Below, one piece after another: positions 1 through 9,778 of a DNA stretch of 51,475 nucleotides. Below the pieces are notes generated by a model that saw only the letters and a list, made by a program, of their open reading frames with translations, did not search any database and was not told the origin of the DNA. Origin of the DNA: Armatimonadota bacterium (GTDB lineage: Bacteria > Armatimonadota > UBA10988). The translations under genes were made by a program, and so were the position numbers. Position 1 is the first letter of the stretch; every line of letters starts with the position of its first letter. Where the stretch lies: assembly GCA_016235455.1 (NCBI GenBank), contig JACRKZ010000045.1:2807-54281 (forward strand), in the 5' to 3' direction.

Positions 1-1
1 G

Positions 2-1699
2 CTATTCAGGAACGACGACCCGCTTTCCGAAAGAGTGAAGCTGGCCGAGGCGACGATCTGGGAGCCCGAGGAGTGGACGGCGGCCGGGTCGAGCACCGCC
101 GGCATCCACTACCTCTACGTCTACCAGGTCGGCGACCGGCTGTGCGCCAGGCGGCTGGGACAAGGTAGCACCGGCTTCCAGCCGGTGGCCAGTCAGAGGC
201 TGGAAGCCTCTTCTACCAAAGGCCTCTGCGCCACCATCGACGGCCACCACGAACCGCTTATCGGCGGGCCGCTGCGCATCGCCGCCACCGGCCGCCTGAC
301 CGTCGGTCTGGCGCCCGAACGGCACGGCACGATCTTCGATATCGTCCGCGCGCCGATCAGCCTGCCCGAACCGTCCACCGGCGATGTCGCCCTCAGCTAC
401 GATGCGCTCAAGCCCGACGCGGTGACCATCAGCACCGACTTCCTCACGGCCACCGGCGCGCTCTACGGCGAGACTCCGCCCACGCCGCCCATCACCGGCG
501 TCGGCTGGCAGATGACCGTCAGCGGCCTGCCCGCGACGGGCCCGACCTTGCACCTGACCCGCGTCCGCTTCCAGCTCTCCGAGGCCGTCGAGGATGATGG
601 CCTGGTCGGCACCGACCTCAACACCCTCACGCCCGCGGGCATCGGCGGCAGCGGCACCATCGCCAGCGTCGAGCTGCGCCGCGGCCGCGACCCGGAGGCG
701 GTCGGCCTCAGCGCCACCATCCACACCCAGCCTGACGATGTCGCGCCTTACCTACAGCCCAATATGCGGGGCAGCTACGCGCCTGCAGGCGCGCAGACCC
801 TCGACTTCGCCACTATCCGCCCGACGGTGCGGCCCGGGCTGTATGCCGACACGCTCACGCTCGACACCACCAGCGGCCATCAGCGCCTGCGCTCGGCGCG
901 CTGGACCGATGCCCGCACCTACGGCGGCCGGCTGCTGGCGCAAGCCTACCGCGACGTGGCGCTCAAGGCCGGCCTCGAGACCACCGAGGTCGACGTCTAC
1001 ACCGGCGGCTATGAGCTGCCCGCTGAGAAGGCCGACGGCGAGCCCGTGATGGACTTCCGGCCCGGCCAGACCAACGCCGAGATCATCGCCTACTTGCGCG
1101 ATCAGTTCGGGCCCAGCGACTATCACCGCTGGGAGTCCGACGGCAAGCTCTACGCCCGCGTCGAGCCCACGGCGCTGTCCGGCGTGGTCTTCACCTGGTC
1201 GACCGACCCCGCCGACCTGGCCGACATCGCCGACCGCGCCGAGACCACGCCACGTGTCGGCGATGACTTCGAGTGGACCTGGGCTGAGGCCAGCCTGGTC
1301 AATGACGTGTGGGTCGTCGGCCGCGATCGCGACGGCAAGCCCCTCTGCGCCGTGGCCACCGATTGGCCCAGCGTGCGCGATACCGACGCGCCCAACTATG
1401 TCGCGGGCTGGCAGCGCATGACCATCATCGACGGCGAGCTGCAGACCCAGGCTATGTGCAACTGGGTGGCGCGCAGCGTGCTCGATAGGCTCTGTCGCCA
1501 GCGCCTCACGTGCTCGTTCACCAGCCTGGCCTATGAGGACCTGTACGAAGGCGACCTGGTCGAGATCGAGCCGCGCAGTGGCGAGGGCGCGAACTCGATC
1601 TGGCGCATCATCGGCTATAGCCGCACCGACGAGCTGACGGGCAGCAGCCGCGCGCGCTACGAGCTCGAATACGTGCGCGAAGGCGAGGCGCCGTCGTGA
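2..1699 (+). CDS. Phage tail tip/baseplate hub-like protein, probably 5'-truncated by the window edge
   Basis: Frame is open from base 2 (first GTG at 35). C-terminal pattern NDVWVVG...ELQTQAMCNWVARSVLDRL...LYEGDLVEI...WRIIG...YELEYV resembles siphophage Tal/hub proteins. GTGA overlap with the next gene. Confidence 0.6.
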   Translation, partial: LFRNDDPLSERVKLAEATIWEPEEWTAAGSSTAGIHYLYVYQVGDRLCARRLGQGSTGFQPVASQRLEASSTKGLCATIDGHHEPLIGGPLRIAATGRLTVGLAPERHGTIFDIVRAPISLPEPSTGDVALSYDALKPDAVTISTDFLTATGALYGETPPTPPITGVGWQMTVSGLPATGPTLHLTRVRFQLSEAVEDDGLVGTDLNTLTPAGIGGSGTIASVELRRGRDPEAVGLSATIHTQPDDVAPYLQPNMRGSYAPAGAQTLDFATIRPTVRPGLYADTLTLDTTSGHQRLRSARWTDARTYGGRLLAQAYRDVALKAGLETTEVDVYTGGYELPAEKADGEPVMDFRPGQTNAEIIAYLRDQFGPSDYHRWESDGKLYARVEPTALSGVVFTWSTDPADLADIADRAETTPRVGDDFEWTWAEASLVNDVWVVGRDRDGKPLCAVATDWPSVRDTDAPNYVAGWQRMTIIDGELQTQAMCNWVARSVLDRLCRQRLTCSFTSLAYEDLYEGDLVEIEPRSGEGANSIWRIIGYSRTDELTGSSRARYELEYVREGEAPS

Positions 1700-4600
1700 G
1701 CACCGTCACCGGCTCATGGGTGCGTGTGCCGGGCGAGACCCTGACCGTGACGGTCAGCGGCACGCTCACCGCCGCCCTCGTCGCGATGACCGAGACCGAG
1801 GGCTACGGCGCCTTCACCGCTCTGGACGAAATCGGCGTCGGGATGCTGGGCGCCAGCGTGGTGCTGCGCTGGGAACACGTCAACCGCACCGACGGCCCGC
1901 CCGACCCGGAGACCTATGGCCACCGTCGCTACTTCGTCAACGTCGGCGTGCCCGGTCCGGTCGATACGGCGGTCACCGAGGCCTGGTCGGATGAGTACAA
2001 CGTGGCCGCGTGGGACTTGCCCGGCCACCTCGGCCCGCCGTTCGACCCCGGCGCCCACGACCTGACGGTCAGCTTTGGGTTTATCATTACCGTCACCGCG
2101 GTGCTCAAGAGCCGCCTGGTGCAGATCTACCCCGACCGCCGGCAGCACATGCACCCCCGCGACGACCACTTCGAGCATACCTGGGCCATCACGCCCGACA
2201 CCACCATCAGCGTCACCTGCGCCGGCGTCACCGTCACCAGCGATGCCTACCGAGAGTGGGGCAGCGGCCTGCCGGGCTACGTCGAGCCCACCGAAGATGC
2301 CATCTGGACACCCGTGGCCGGCATCGGCGGCGCGGTCGCGGCCAACGCCGGCGCCACCGGCTACACCGAGATCGCCGGCGTGTCGCTCGGCGCCGGCTGG
2401 TCGTTCGACGGCCTCGTGGCCGGCCTGGTCGGTGGACCCAGCGGCACCGCCGAGCATCCCGGATCGCAGTGCCTCGGCAGCGGCAGCGGCATCACCATCA
2501 CCTGGGACGATGAGGCCGAGTCCAGCGCCACCGAGGGCTATGGCATCGGTCTCAACGCCACCCTCGGGCCCGTCTGGCAGTGGTCTCCGGCCTTCAGCAA
2601 GTTCGACGAGACCGACACAGCCGACAACCTGATCCCGCGGCTCAATGCCGGGTTCGCCGTGGTCCAGAGCGACCACAGCCTGCTGCCGCTCACCCACGAT
2701 GCCGACGAACTGCCCACCACCGCCGCACGCATCGGCTATGAGGTGCTCACCGGCGTCGATCACTCCGCTGGCCTGCCTGTCGGGTCGGTCACCCACAGCG
2801 GCGATACCTTCCAGGTCAGCATCGATCCCGATTGGGCGTTGGACAACGGCGTCTACGCCGCGCAGGAAGTGGACCTCACCGACACCGTCCCCATCATCGC
2901 CCAAGAGGACGACCTCTACTGCCCGCTGGACGCCCCAGGCTGCGACCACGGCGTCGGCAGTATCGATGGCCACCGCACGCCGGTCTATACCATCAGCATC
3001 AACGAGCCCAGCTTCTACCCGCTGGCCGCCGACAAGGACGCCCCGACCGCCGACCCGAACCTCCGCTGGCAGCAGACCGGCGAGCTGCCCAGCCTGCGCG
3101 ACATGCCCTCTAGCCCGCTGCGATGGGTGTTCCCGCCGACGATCTACAGCGAGACGACCGACCCCGGCGGCACCATCAGCCTGCCGATCCAGCACCGCTT
3201 CCATGACCGGCTCAACCTGCTCAAGACGCAGAACAAAGAGGTCAGCTGGCGCTGGTATTTCCACTTCGAGAGGCGCGCGGCGGGTAGCGTCGACACCGCT
3301 GACGACCCGACCTACGGCGAGGACCTGCACTCGGCTCAGCAGGCCGGTTACCTGCGCTTCCAGCTCAACAAGCCGCGCTGGTCCACGTTGACGCTCACCC
3401 TGACCATCGACTATTCCGTGGTGGACGTCCATGACGAACACTACACGGACGGCGAAGACCGCACCGACGCCTTCGACTGGTCTCGGACCGAGTCCAGTGC
3501 CACCTACACCATCGTCGTGCCCGCCGCCGGCAGCGACTTCTACGAGGGCACGGCGGCCAAGCAGCACGAAATCACTGTGGTGGTCGACCTGACCTGCCCC
3601 GACGACGGCTCGACCCCGCAGCTCCAACTGCTCGACCGCCTGACCATCTCGGGCCTGCGCCTGCCGCTCTGCACCCGCGGCGACAAGCCCACCGGCTTCG
3701 TGGAAGGCGGCGTGGTCGAGCTGTTCACGGACGGCACGAAGGGCCTCAAGCTCTCGCGCGACCAGGGATACGACCACACCGGCCGCAACACGACCGCCGC
3801 GCCCAGCGCCGAGGTGTCCGCGATCGAGACCTGGAACTTCCTGAACGACGACTGGGAGTGCGCCCGCCTGCGCAACGGGGCGGCCATGCGCTGCCTGCGC
3901 CTGCCCGGCGAGCCCTGGCGGCATGGCATCGAGGAGGCGCTGGGCTACATCGAACCGCTGCAACACGGCCTCGACTTCACCGGCGACGCGAGCCTGCTGC
4001 ACTATGCGCGGCCGCTCACCGAGTTCGGCATCGCCGGCTACAACGACGTCATCCAAGCTAGCTTGGATGACGCGGCCTACGCGGCGATGGGCCATGCCGG
4101 CTACATGTACTGGCTGGCCACCCGCAAGCGCCTCAAGGCCGGCGAGGCTGGCCCAGGCGACACGCTGGTGCTGGACGCTGCCATCCGCGTGGCCACCTGG
4201 AAACTCGCGCCTGGCATCCAGAGCGTACTCACCGTGCGCAAGGCGCTGTGGGGCTGTGCTGAGATCCTGCTCAAGGCCCCCGGCGGCCGCCGGCGCCTGA
4301 CCCCTGACTACCTGGCCGAGACAGGCCTGGCGCCGCAATACGTCATCTACCGCCGCACCGCCTACCAGGATGCCGACGGCGCGACCATCGCCGATCCTGG
4401 CGGCTCGCTGCCTGCGTCGGGCACCTGGTCGCACTACCTCGACGGCACCATCGCCACGCGCCTTGACCACCACGGCGTCTGGCGCACGCCGCCGCTGCCG
4501 CCGTCGAAGGTCAGGTTCCGCGACCCATCGCGGCCCGACGACCCGGCAGCGACCCACACCGACGTGCGTCTCACCAGCTATCTGGTGCAGGTCTGGCGGT

Positions 4601-5610
4601 CTGGTCGCTGGTCGCTCTACAACCCCGATGACCCCATCTCTGCGACCGCCGCGAAGGCCGACGCCGACTACCTCGGCGAGATCGACCTCGGCGCAAACAC
4701 CGGCAAGCGCCTCTGGCAGAGCGTCGATGGCGGCTTGACCAGCACGCTGATCTTGGGCGGCAACTTGGTGCGCCTGCGCTGTGGCGCCCACGCCATCACC
4801 CGCGGCGGCGCGGTGCACACCCGCCTCGGCTCGGGCGCGAAGTGGCGTTCGCGCCGTGGCACCAGCTCGCCTTCGCCGATGCTGCTGTGGGTCAGCGAGA
4901 CCGACGACCTGGCCCTGCTCGACGGCGCCAACGCTCGCCAGAGCCGCCGCCACGGTCGCGCCTGGTCGAACGGCCTGCCCGCCGGCGTGGCAACCGTGAC
5001 GGGCACTTGGCACGAGGCTGGCGACCTCACGGCGGCACTGCTCGACCCCGCCGACAAACTTCCCCTCGGCGCCGGCGCCAAGCTGGTCGAAGGTGGCGAC
5101 GTGGACGTCTTCGTGGTCTCCACCAAAGCCGCCGGCGGTACCGCCACGCCGACCACGGTGGCCACCCTGACGGCCGCCCAAGTCGCCGGCGACACCGTCT
5201 GGCCCTGGCCCCAACGTCTCGCCGCCGGCGGTTGGATGGTGGGTTGTCTCGCCGGCGGCCGCTACCACGAATGGCGCGCATCCGACCCCGGCGGCACCAC
5301 CTGGTCAGAGCACGGCACGGGCGATGAGGTGACCTCTGCCGCTGGCGTGAGCTACTGCGCCCACTGGCGCGGCCGCGACGGTATGGAAGCCCTGAGCGCC
5401 TATCACGGCACCGCCCGCGAGGTCCGCATCTGGTGGCGACCCGGAGCAGACGGTGCTTGGCGCGGCCCCTGTTTCACCCACGCCGCCGACCCGACGATGC
5501 CCTACATCTACATCCGCCGAGATGGCAAGGTGGAGTGCGGCTGGCTGGTGGGGACGACCTGGACGCGCTACCGCGCCGACCACCCCGAGAGCACCTGGGA
5601 GACCTGGTAA
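1696..5610 (+). CDS. Large (1304 aa) putative virion structural or receptor-binding protein
   Basis: Long ORF with host-like codon bias; rich in Thr, Gly, Asp and Trp; no signal peptide; Asp-box-like motifs near the C-terminus (SVDGGLT, ASDPGGTTW); coupled to both neighbours. Confidence 0.55.
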   Translation: MSTVTGSWVRVPGETLTVTVSGTLTAALVAMTETEGYGAFTALDEIGVGMLGASVVLRWEHVNRTDGPPDPETYGHRRYFVNVGVPGPVDTAVTEAWSDEYNVAAWDLPGHLGPPFDPGAHDLTVSFGFIITVTAVLKSRLVQIYPDRRQHMHPRDDHFEHTWAITPDTTISVTCAGVTVTSDAYREWGSGLPGYVEPTEDAIWTPVAGIGGAVAANAGATGYTEIAGVSLGAGWSFDGLVAGLVGGPSGTAEHPGSQCLGSGSGITITWDDEAESSATEGYGIGLNATLGPVWQWSPAFSKFDETDTADNLIPRLNAGFAVVQSDHSLLPLTHDADELPTTAARIGYEVLTGVDHSAGLPVGSVTHSGDTFQVSIDPDWALDNGVYAAQEVDLTDTVPIIAQEDDLYCPLDAPGCDHGVGSIDGHRTPVYTISINEPSFYPLAADKDAPTADPNLRWQQTGELPSLRDMPSSPLRWVFPPTIYSETTDPGGTISLPIQHRFHDRLNLLKTQNKEVSWRWYFHFERRAAGSVDTADDPTYGEDLHSAQQAGYLRFQLNKPRWSTLTLTLTIDYSVVDVHDEHYTDGEDRTDAFDWSRTESSATYTIVVPAAGSDFYEGTAAKQHEITVVVDLTCPDDGSTPQLQLLDRLTISGLRLPLCTRGDKPTGFVEGGVVELFTDGTKGLKLSRDQGYDHTGRNTTAAPSAEVSAIETWNFLNDDWECARLRNGAAMRCLRLPGEPWRHGIEEALGYIEPLQHGLDFTGDASLLHYARPLTEFGIAGYNDVIQASLDDAAYAAMGHAGYMYWLATRKRLKAGEAGPGDTLVLDAAIRVATWKLAPGIQSVLTVRKALWGCAEILLKAPGGRRRLTPDYLAETGLAPQYVIYRRTAYQDADGATIADPGGSLPASGTWSHYLDGTIATRLDHHGVWRTPPLPPSKVRFRDPSRPDDPAATHTDVRLTSYLVQVWRSGRWSLYNPDDPISATAAKADADYLGEIDLGANTGKRLWQSVDGGLTSTLILGGNLVRLRCGAHAITRGGAVHTRLGSGAKWRSRRGTSSPSPMLLWVSETDDLALLDGANARQSRRHGRAWSNGLPAGVATVTGTWHEAGDLTAALLDPADKLPLGAGAKLVEGGDVDVFVVSTKAAGGTATPTTVATLTAAQVAGDTVWPWPQRLAAGGWMVGCLAGGRYHEWRASDPGGTTWSEHGTGDEVTSAAGVSYCAHWRGRDGMEALSAYHGTAREVRIWWRPGADGAWRGPCFTHAADPTMPYIYIRRDGKVECGWLVGTTWTRYRADHPESTWETW

Positions 5611-5858
5611 TGGACATCCGAGAGGCAGAGCGCCTACGCCAAGCCCAACGCGACGCCGTGCTCACCAACGGCCCAGACGCCGGCCGAGTAGTCCGCCGAG
5701 TCACCCGCCGCGCCGCCCGCACCGCCGCCGAGCTGGTAGCTCTGGCCGACGCCGACCTCCCCGGTGTGAAGGTCGTGCGCCTTACCGACCCGGATAACGG
5801 CCGCTTCTTCATGTACGGCAAGAGCCCCTACGGTGGAAGCGACGTCTACGAGCCCTAG
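5610..5858 (+). CDS. Small (82 aa) phage-like protein MDIREAERL...FFMYGKSPYGGSDVYEP
   Basis: ATG overlaps the upstream TAA (TAATG). The C-terminal F-x-x-G-x-S-x-x-GG-x-D motif resembles ones seen in phage tail proteins. Confidence 0.6.
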   Translation: MDIREAERLRQAQRDAVLTNGPDAGRVVRRVTRRAARTAAELVALADADLPGVKVVRLTDPDNGRFFMYGKSPYGGSDVYEP

Positions 5859-6171
5859 AGGCCCATTCCAGCTAAGCAAGATCGCAGCAAGATCGGACGT
5901 GCCGATTCCTGTTTTTCGTCGCGGTGTGCAACGGGCATGCGCAGTTGATCAAGACCCCATCCCCCTTCGCCCATCGGCGCGAGTTCGGCTACAACAACAG
6001 GCTGCGCTGCGCCTTGGTCCACGGCGGCGGCCCCCGGGTTGCCGCTGCGTGTCCGAATGTTGCGACAGTGTTGTGTTTGGCCGGCCGCGGCACTAGACCG
6101 GTGTCTCGCAAGGAGATACAACCTGATCACGGGGTTGCGAGGCCCCGGTGAATCGCTAGGGAGGTGTCACC

Positions 6172-6864
6172 ATGAGAAGGCGAGGCGCATTCACGCTGAT
6201 CGAGTTGCTGGTGGTCATTGCCATCATCGCGATCCTGGCTGCCATTCTGTTCCCCGTGTTTGCCAAGGCTCGCGAGAAGGCGCGGCAGTCATCCTGCCAG
6301 TCCAACCTCAAGCAGATCGGTCTGGCTTTCACGCAGTACGCGCAGGACTACGACGAGCGTCTCCCGTTCTGCTATCGCGACTGCATCTACTACAACTGGC
6401 GGGCGGGCGGCGGGCTCAATCCGGCCTGCGGCAACTCGCACTACATCACGAGTACGCAGGCTTACATGAAGAGCGTGCAGATCTGGTTCTGCCCGAGCAC
6501 GAGCCCTGGCGGCTGGTGCCCACCGGGCGCCGGCGACAGTCACACCTCGTACGCCTACAACCAGCAGTGCAACGGCTCGCTGGCCAACATGCCGGCGCCG
6601 GCCGAGCGCTGGCTGGTGGTTGAGACCGGCAAGGACTGCCACGCCGCCGAGGCCGTGTACTGGGACATCAACGGCTCGGGCAACGGCCTGCCGCAGCCCT
6701 ACGGTGACTGGGGCAAACCATGGCCCGACGGCGTGCACATGGGTGGTCGCAACTACCTGTGGGGCGACGGCCATGTCAAGTGGCTGGGCGAGGCCATCGC
6801 CAAGCAGAACCACGAGACCTGGGGCCGCGACTACACCGACCAGCAGGTGTGGTGGCACCCCTAG
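6172..6864 (+). CDS. DUF1559 prepilin-type N-terminal cleavage/methylation protein (H-X9-DG)
   Basis: [45 protein letters not shown]-terminus, [13 protein letters not shown]-terminal motif, SD GGAGGTG upstream. Confidence 0.93.
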   Translation: MRRRGAFTLIELLVVIAIIAILAAILFPVFAKAREKARQSSCQSNLKQIGLAFTQYAQDYDERLPFCYRDCIYYNWRAGGGLNPACGNSHYITSTQAYMKSVQIWFCPSTSPGGWCPPGAGDSHTSYAYNQQCNGSLANMPAPAERWLVVETGKDCHAAEAVYWDINGSGNGLPQPYGDWGKPWPDGVHMGGRNYLWGDGHVKWLGEAIAKQNHETWGRDYTDQQVWWHP

Positions 6865-7889
6865 GGTCTGGCCAGCGCCAGCAGCCGGCGTTGCCACAGC
6901 GGCATGGCCAATGCCGCCGGCGAGGACCAGAGCAGCGCTTCGTAGGCCAGCTCGCGGGGCTGGCCTACGAGCGTTGCCGCATGACCCACCAACACGATGC
7001 GCTCGCCGCTCACCGCATGGCGTAGCCGCGCCAGTTCGGCGCCCACCGTCACGTCAGCACCCAGCGACTCGGCCAGCCCAGCGGCCAGTCCAGCCGCCGC
7101 GTCGGCCTCCGGCGGCAGTTCCACGCGCGGCAGCTCCCACAGGCCGCCCCAGCGCCCTTCGGCTGGCCGGCGGCCCAGTAGCAGTCGCCCGTCGCGCTCG
7201 ATGATCGCCACGACGTGCAGCCTGTCGCGCGGCGCCTTGGCCGGTCGGCGCTCGGGGTAGCGGGTGGCCTCGCCCGCGGCTCGCGCGCGGCAATGCACTT
7301 GTAGCGGGCAGGCGGCACAGTCGGGCGCGGGCAGACAGACTCGCGCGCCCAGCTCCATCAGCGCCTGGTTCCACTCGCCTGGCGCCTGAGCTGGCACCAG
7401 CGCCGCGGCATGGGCGCGCAGCACGCGGCGGGGCTCGCCGTCGCGCGGGTCGCCAGGCAGGGCCAGCAGGCGTGAGAGCACGCGCTCCACGTTGCCATCC
7501 ACCGCCGGCACGCGCTCGCCTTGGGCGATGCTGGCGATGGCACCGGCGGTGTAGTCGCCGATGCCCGGCAACGCCAGCCAGGAGTCGCGGTCGTCGGGCA
7601 GGGCGCCGCCGCGCTCAACCACGGCCCGGGCCGCGGCATGGAGCGAGCGGGCGCGCCGGTAGTAGCCCAGGCCCTGCCACACGGACAGCACGTCGTCGAG
7701 CGGCGCGGCGGCCAAGGCCGAGACGGTGGGGAAGGCGGCCAGGAAGCGGTGGTAGTAGTCGATGACCGTGGCCACCTGGGTCTGCTGGAGCATGATCTCG
7801 CTGACCCAGATGGCGTAAGGGTCGACCGTGTGGCGCCAGGGCAGATCGCGCGCCTCCGCGCGGTACCAGTCGAGCAGGGCCGAAACCAT
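6861..7889 (-). CDS. mutY: A/G-specific adenine DNA glycosylase
   Basis: [48 protein letters not shown], Fe-S cysteines and a C-terminal NUDIX-like domain. ATG at 7889 lies just after the ftsA stop. Confidence 0.95.
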   Translation of the reverse strand: MVSALLDWYRAEARDLPWRHTVDPYAIWVSEIMLQQTQVATVIDYYHRFLAAFPTVSALAAAPLDDVLSVWQGLGYYRRARSLHAAARAVVERGGALPDDRDSWLALPGIGDYTAGAIASIAQGERVPAVDGNVERVLSRLLALPGDPRDGEPRRVLRAHAAALVPAQAPGEWNQALMELGARVCLPAPDCAACPLQVHCRARAAGEATRYPERRPAKAPRDRLHVVAIIERDGRLLLGRRPAEGRWGGLWELPRVELPPEADAAAGLAAGLAESLGADVTVGAELARLRHAVSGERIVLVGHAATLVGQPRELAYEALLWSSPAALAMPLWQRRLLALARP

Positions 7890-7890
7890 C

Positions 7891-9135
7891 TCAGTCGAAC
7901 AGCCGCGTGAAGTTGCGCCAGAAGGTGCGCATGCGGGCGATGAACGACGTCTCTTCGGTGTGCTGGATGCGCTTGAGCTGGTCCATGCCGCCGATACGCA
8001 CCAGGCCGACGCCCGTGGAGAACTGCGGGCCCGCCACACGCGCCGCGTGACCGACGACATCGATGGGCTGTGCCTCGCGCACCAGCACACCAAGCACATT
8101 GCGGGCCACGGCCAGCGTGCCGGTCAGGCGGCTGGCCCCGCCGGTGAGCACGACTCCGGCGCCCAGTTGGGTGAGGTCGATGCCGGCTCGGTAGAGGTCC
8201 TTGCCGACCAACTCGAACAGCTCCTCCATGCGCGGCCCGACCACTTCGGCCAGGAAGGCATGTTCGGCCTCGCACTGCTCGCCACGCACGTTGACATACT
8301 GGATGACGCCGTCGGGATCGCACAGCTCGGGCTGTGCGCAGGCATAGCGCACCTTGATGTCCTCGGCCTTCTGATACGGCGCTTGCAACCCATAGGACAG
8401 GTCGAAGGTGACATGCGCGCCACCGACCGGGATGGCCGAGGTGTGGGCCAGCTCGCCGTCGAGGTAGACGGCCACGTCGGTGGTGCCGCCGCCCAGGTCG
8501 AGCACGGCGCAGCCCAGCTTGCGTTCGTCGGCGGTGAGCACCGCCTCGCCCGTGGCTACGGCCTCGAGGATGAGGCTGTCCACCGGCAGACCGGCCTGGT
8601 CGACACACTGCCGCACCTGGTCGAGGAAGCGATGCTCGCCGGTGACCACGTGCAGGTCGACCTCCAGGCGCTCGCCGCTCATGTGCACCGGGTCGCTGAT
8701 GCCACGCTGGCCGTCGACGGAGAACTCGCGCGGTCGCTCGAGCAGGATGTCGCGGGTGGCGGTCTGCACGCCGTTCACGGCCATGGCTTTGACGCGGTCG
8801 ACATCGGCTGGAAGGATGTCGTGGTCGGGCCGGTCGATGGTGACCGCGCCGTGGCAGACGAAGCTGTCCACGTGATCGCCGGTCACGCCGACGTAGACAT
8901 GAGCGCTGGTGAGCGGCAGGCCACACATGCGCGCCGCCTCGTCGCCGGAGCGGCGGATGGCCTCACTGGTGGCGCCGAGGTCGACGATGACGCCCTTGCG
9001 CAGCCCAACGGACGGAGCGATGCCAATGCCGCGCACCTCGACCTTGTGATCCTCGGTCAAGATGCCGACCAACGTGCAGACCTTGGTCGTGCCGATGTCG
9101 AGCCCGACAATCAGCGGAACCTGGTTGACTGCCAT
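7891..9135 (-). CDS. ftsA: Cell division protein FtsA
   Basis: GLDIGTTKV, GLRKGVIVD, DLGGGTTD, GVVLTGGAS and a C-terminal amphipathic helix FIARMRTFWRNFTRLFD. Confidence 0.95.
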   Translation of the reverse strand: MAVNQVPLIVGLDIGTTKVCTLVGILTEDHKVEVRGIGIAPSVGLRKGVIVDLGATSEAIRRSGDEAARMCGLPLTSAHVYVGVTGDHVDSFVCHGAVTIDRPDHDILPADVDRVKAMAVNGVQTATRDILLERPREFSVDGQRGISDPVHMSGERLEVDLHVVTGEHRFLDQVRQCVDQAGLPVDSLILEAVATGEAVLTADERKLGCAVLDLGGGTTDVAVYLDGELAHTSAIPVGGAHVTFDLSYGLQAPYQKAEDIKVRYACAQPELCDPDGVIQYVNVRGEQCEAEHAFLAEVVGPRMEELFELVGKDLYRAGIDLTQLGAGVVLTGGASRLTGTLAVARNVLGVLVREAQPIDVVGHAARVAGPQFSTGVGLVRIGGMDQLKRIQHTEETSFIARMRTFWRNFTRLFD

Positions 9136-9310
9136 ATCACCGCCCTGGCCTCGACCCCTGTGCCTGGGACACCCACGAGCAGCCTCCCAAAGCTATGGCG
9201 CGACGCCGTCGCCGGAACCTGCGTTCGCGATTGTGACTCAGATCCCTTGTCGAGAGCAAGTGCCTTGCCGCCGCGGCTGGTAGCCGTCGCTCGCAAGGGA
9301 CTCGTCTCGT

Positions 9311-9778
9311 TCAGTCACCAATGGACACGATGGTGTAGGTGATGGTGCCGCGCGGCGTCTCCACCTCGGTGTCGTCGCCCACGCGCAGATACATCAGTGC
9401 CTCGGCCAACGGCGCCTGCAGGCTGATGCCGTTCTCGACATAGTCGATCTCGGCCACATCGACGAACGTGTAGCGCTGCAACTCGCCGTTGTTCTCGTTG
9501 CGCACGGTGACCACGACGCCGGGCACGACCTCGTCGCAGCCGGTGTCCTCGATGATCTCGGCGCCGGCCAGCTTGGCCTCCAACGCCTGGATCTTGCCCT
9601 CGAGGAAGCCATACGACTCGCGCGCCGCGTGGTACTCGCCGTTCTCCTTGAGATCGCCGTACTCACGGGCCGTCTTGACGTCCTCGATGACGATGACCCG
9701 CTGTCGCTTCATCTCGACCAGCTCGGCCTTCAGTCGGTCGTATCCGCTGCGCGTCAGTTGCGCGTTCTCCTGTGACAC
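9311..9778 (-). CDS. greA: Transcription elongation factor GreA
   Basis: AREYGDLKENGEYHAARE; C-terminal ISLQAPLAEAL...GD..EVETPRG. Confidence 0.93.
   Translation of the reverse strand: MSQENAQLTRSGYDRLKAELVEMKRQRVIVIEDVKTAREYGDLKENGEYHAARESYGFLEGKIQALEAKLAGAEIIEDTGCDEVVPGVVVTVRNENNGELQRYTFVDVAEIDYVENGISLQAPLAEALMYLRVGDDTEVETPRGTITYTIVSIGD

Larger units (their letters stand above)
1..5858 (+). mobile_element. Right end of a prophage-like or tail-derived gene block
   Basis: Three translationally coupled, co-oriented hypothetical genes with tail-like features. No integrase or lysis gene in view. Confidence 0.5.

Noticed and set aside
1714-5268. 1184-aa minus-strand ORF, and similar long antisense ORFs (18688-20790, 26492-28390, 45718-47811)
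   Set aside because: Shadow frames of real high-GC genes: in codon register with them and with no recognisable motifs.
1696-5858. Diversity-generating retroelement target in the tail genes
   Set aside because: No reverse transcriptase and no template/variable repeat pair seen in this window.
5855-5895. CTAG-AGGCCCATTCC and a 10-bp direct repeat (AGCAAGATCG x2) as a possible att site or IS end
   Set aside because: No partner end, tRNA or integrase in the window; too short to support.
7290-7345. MutY Fe-S motif spaced C-X5-C rather than C-X6-C
   Set aside because: All four cysteines are present; a one-residue loop variant is probably neutral.
9256-9270. GGCAC-TTGC on the minus strand as a sigma54 promoter
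   Set aside because: Lacks the required spacing between the -24 and -12 elements.
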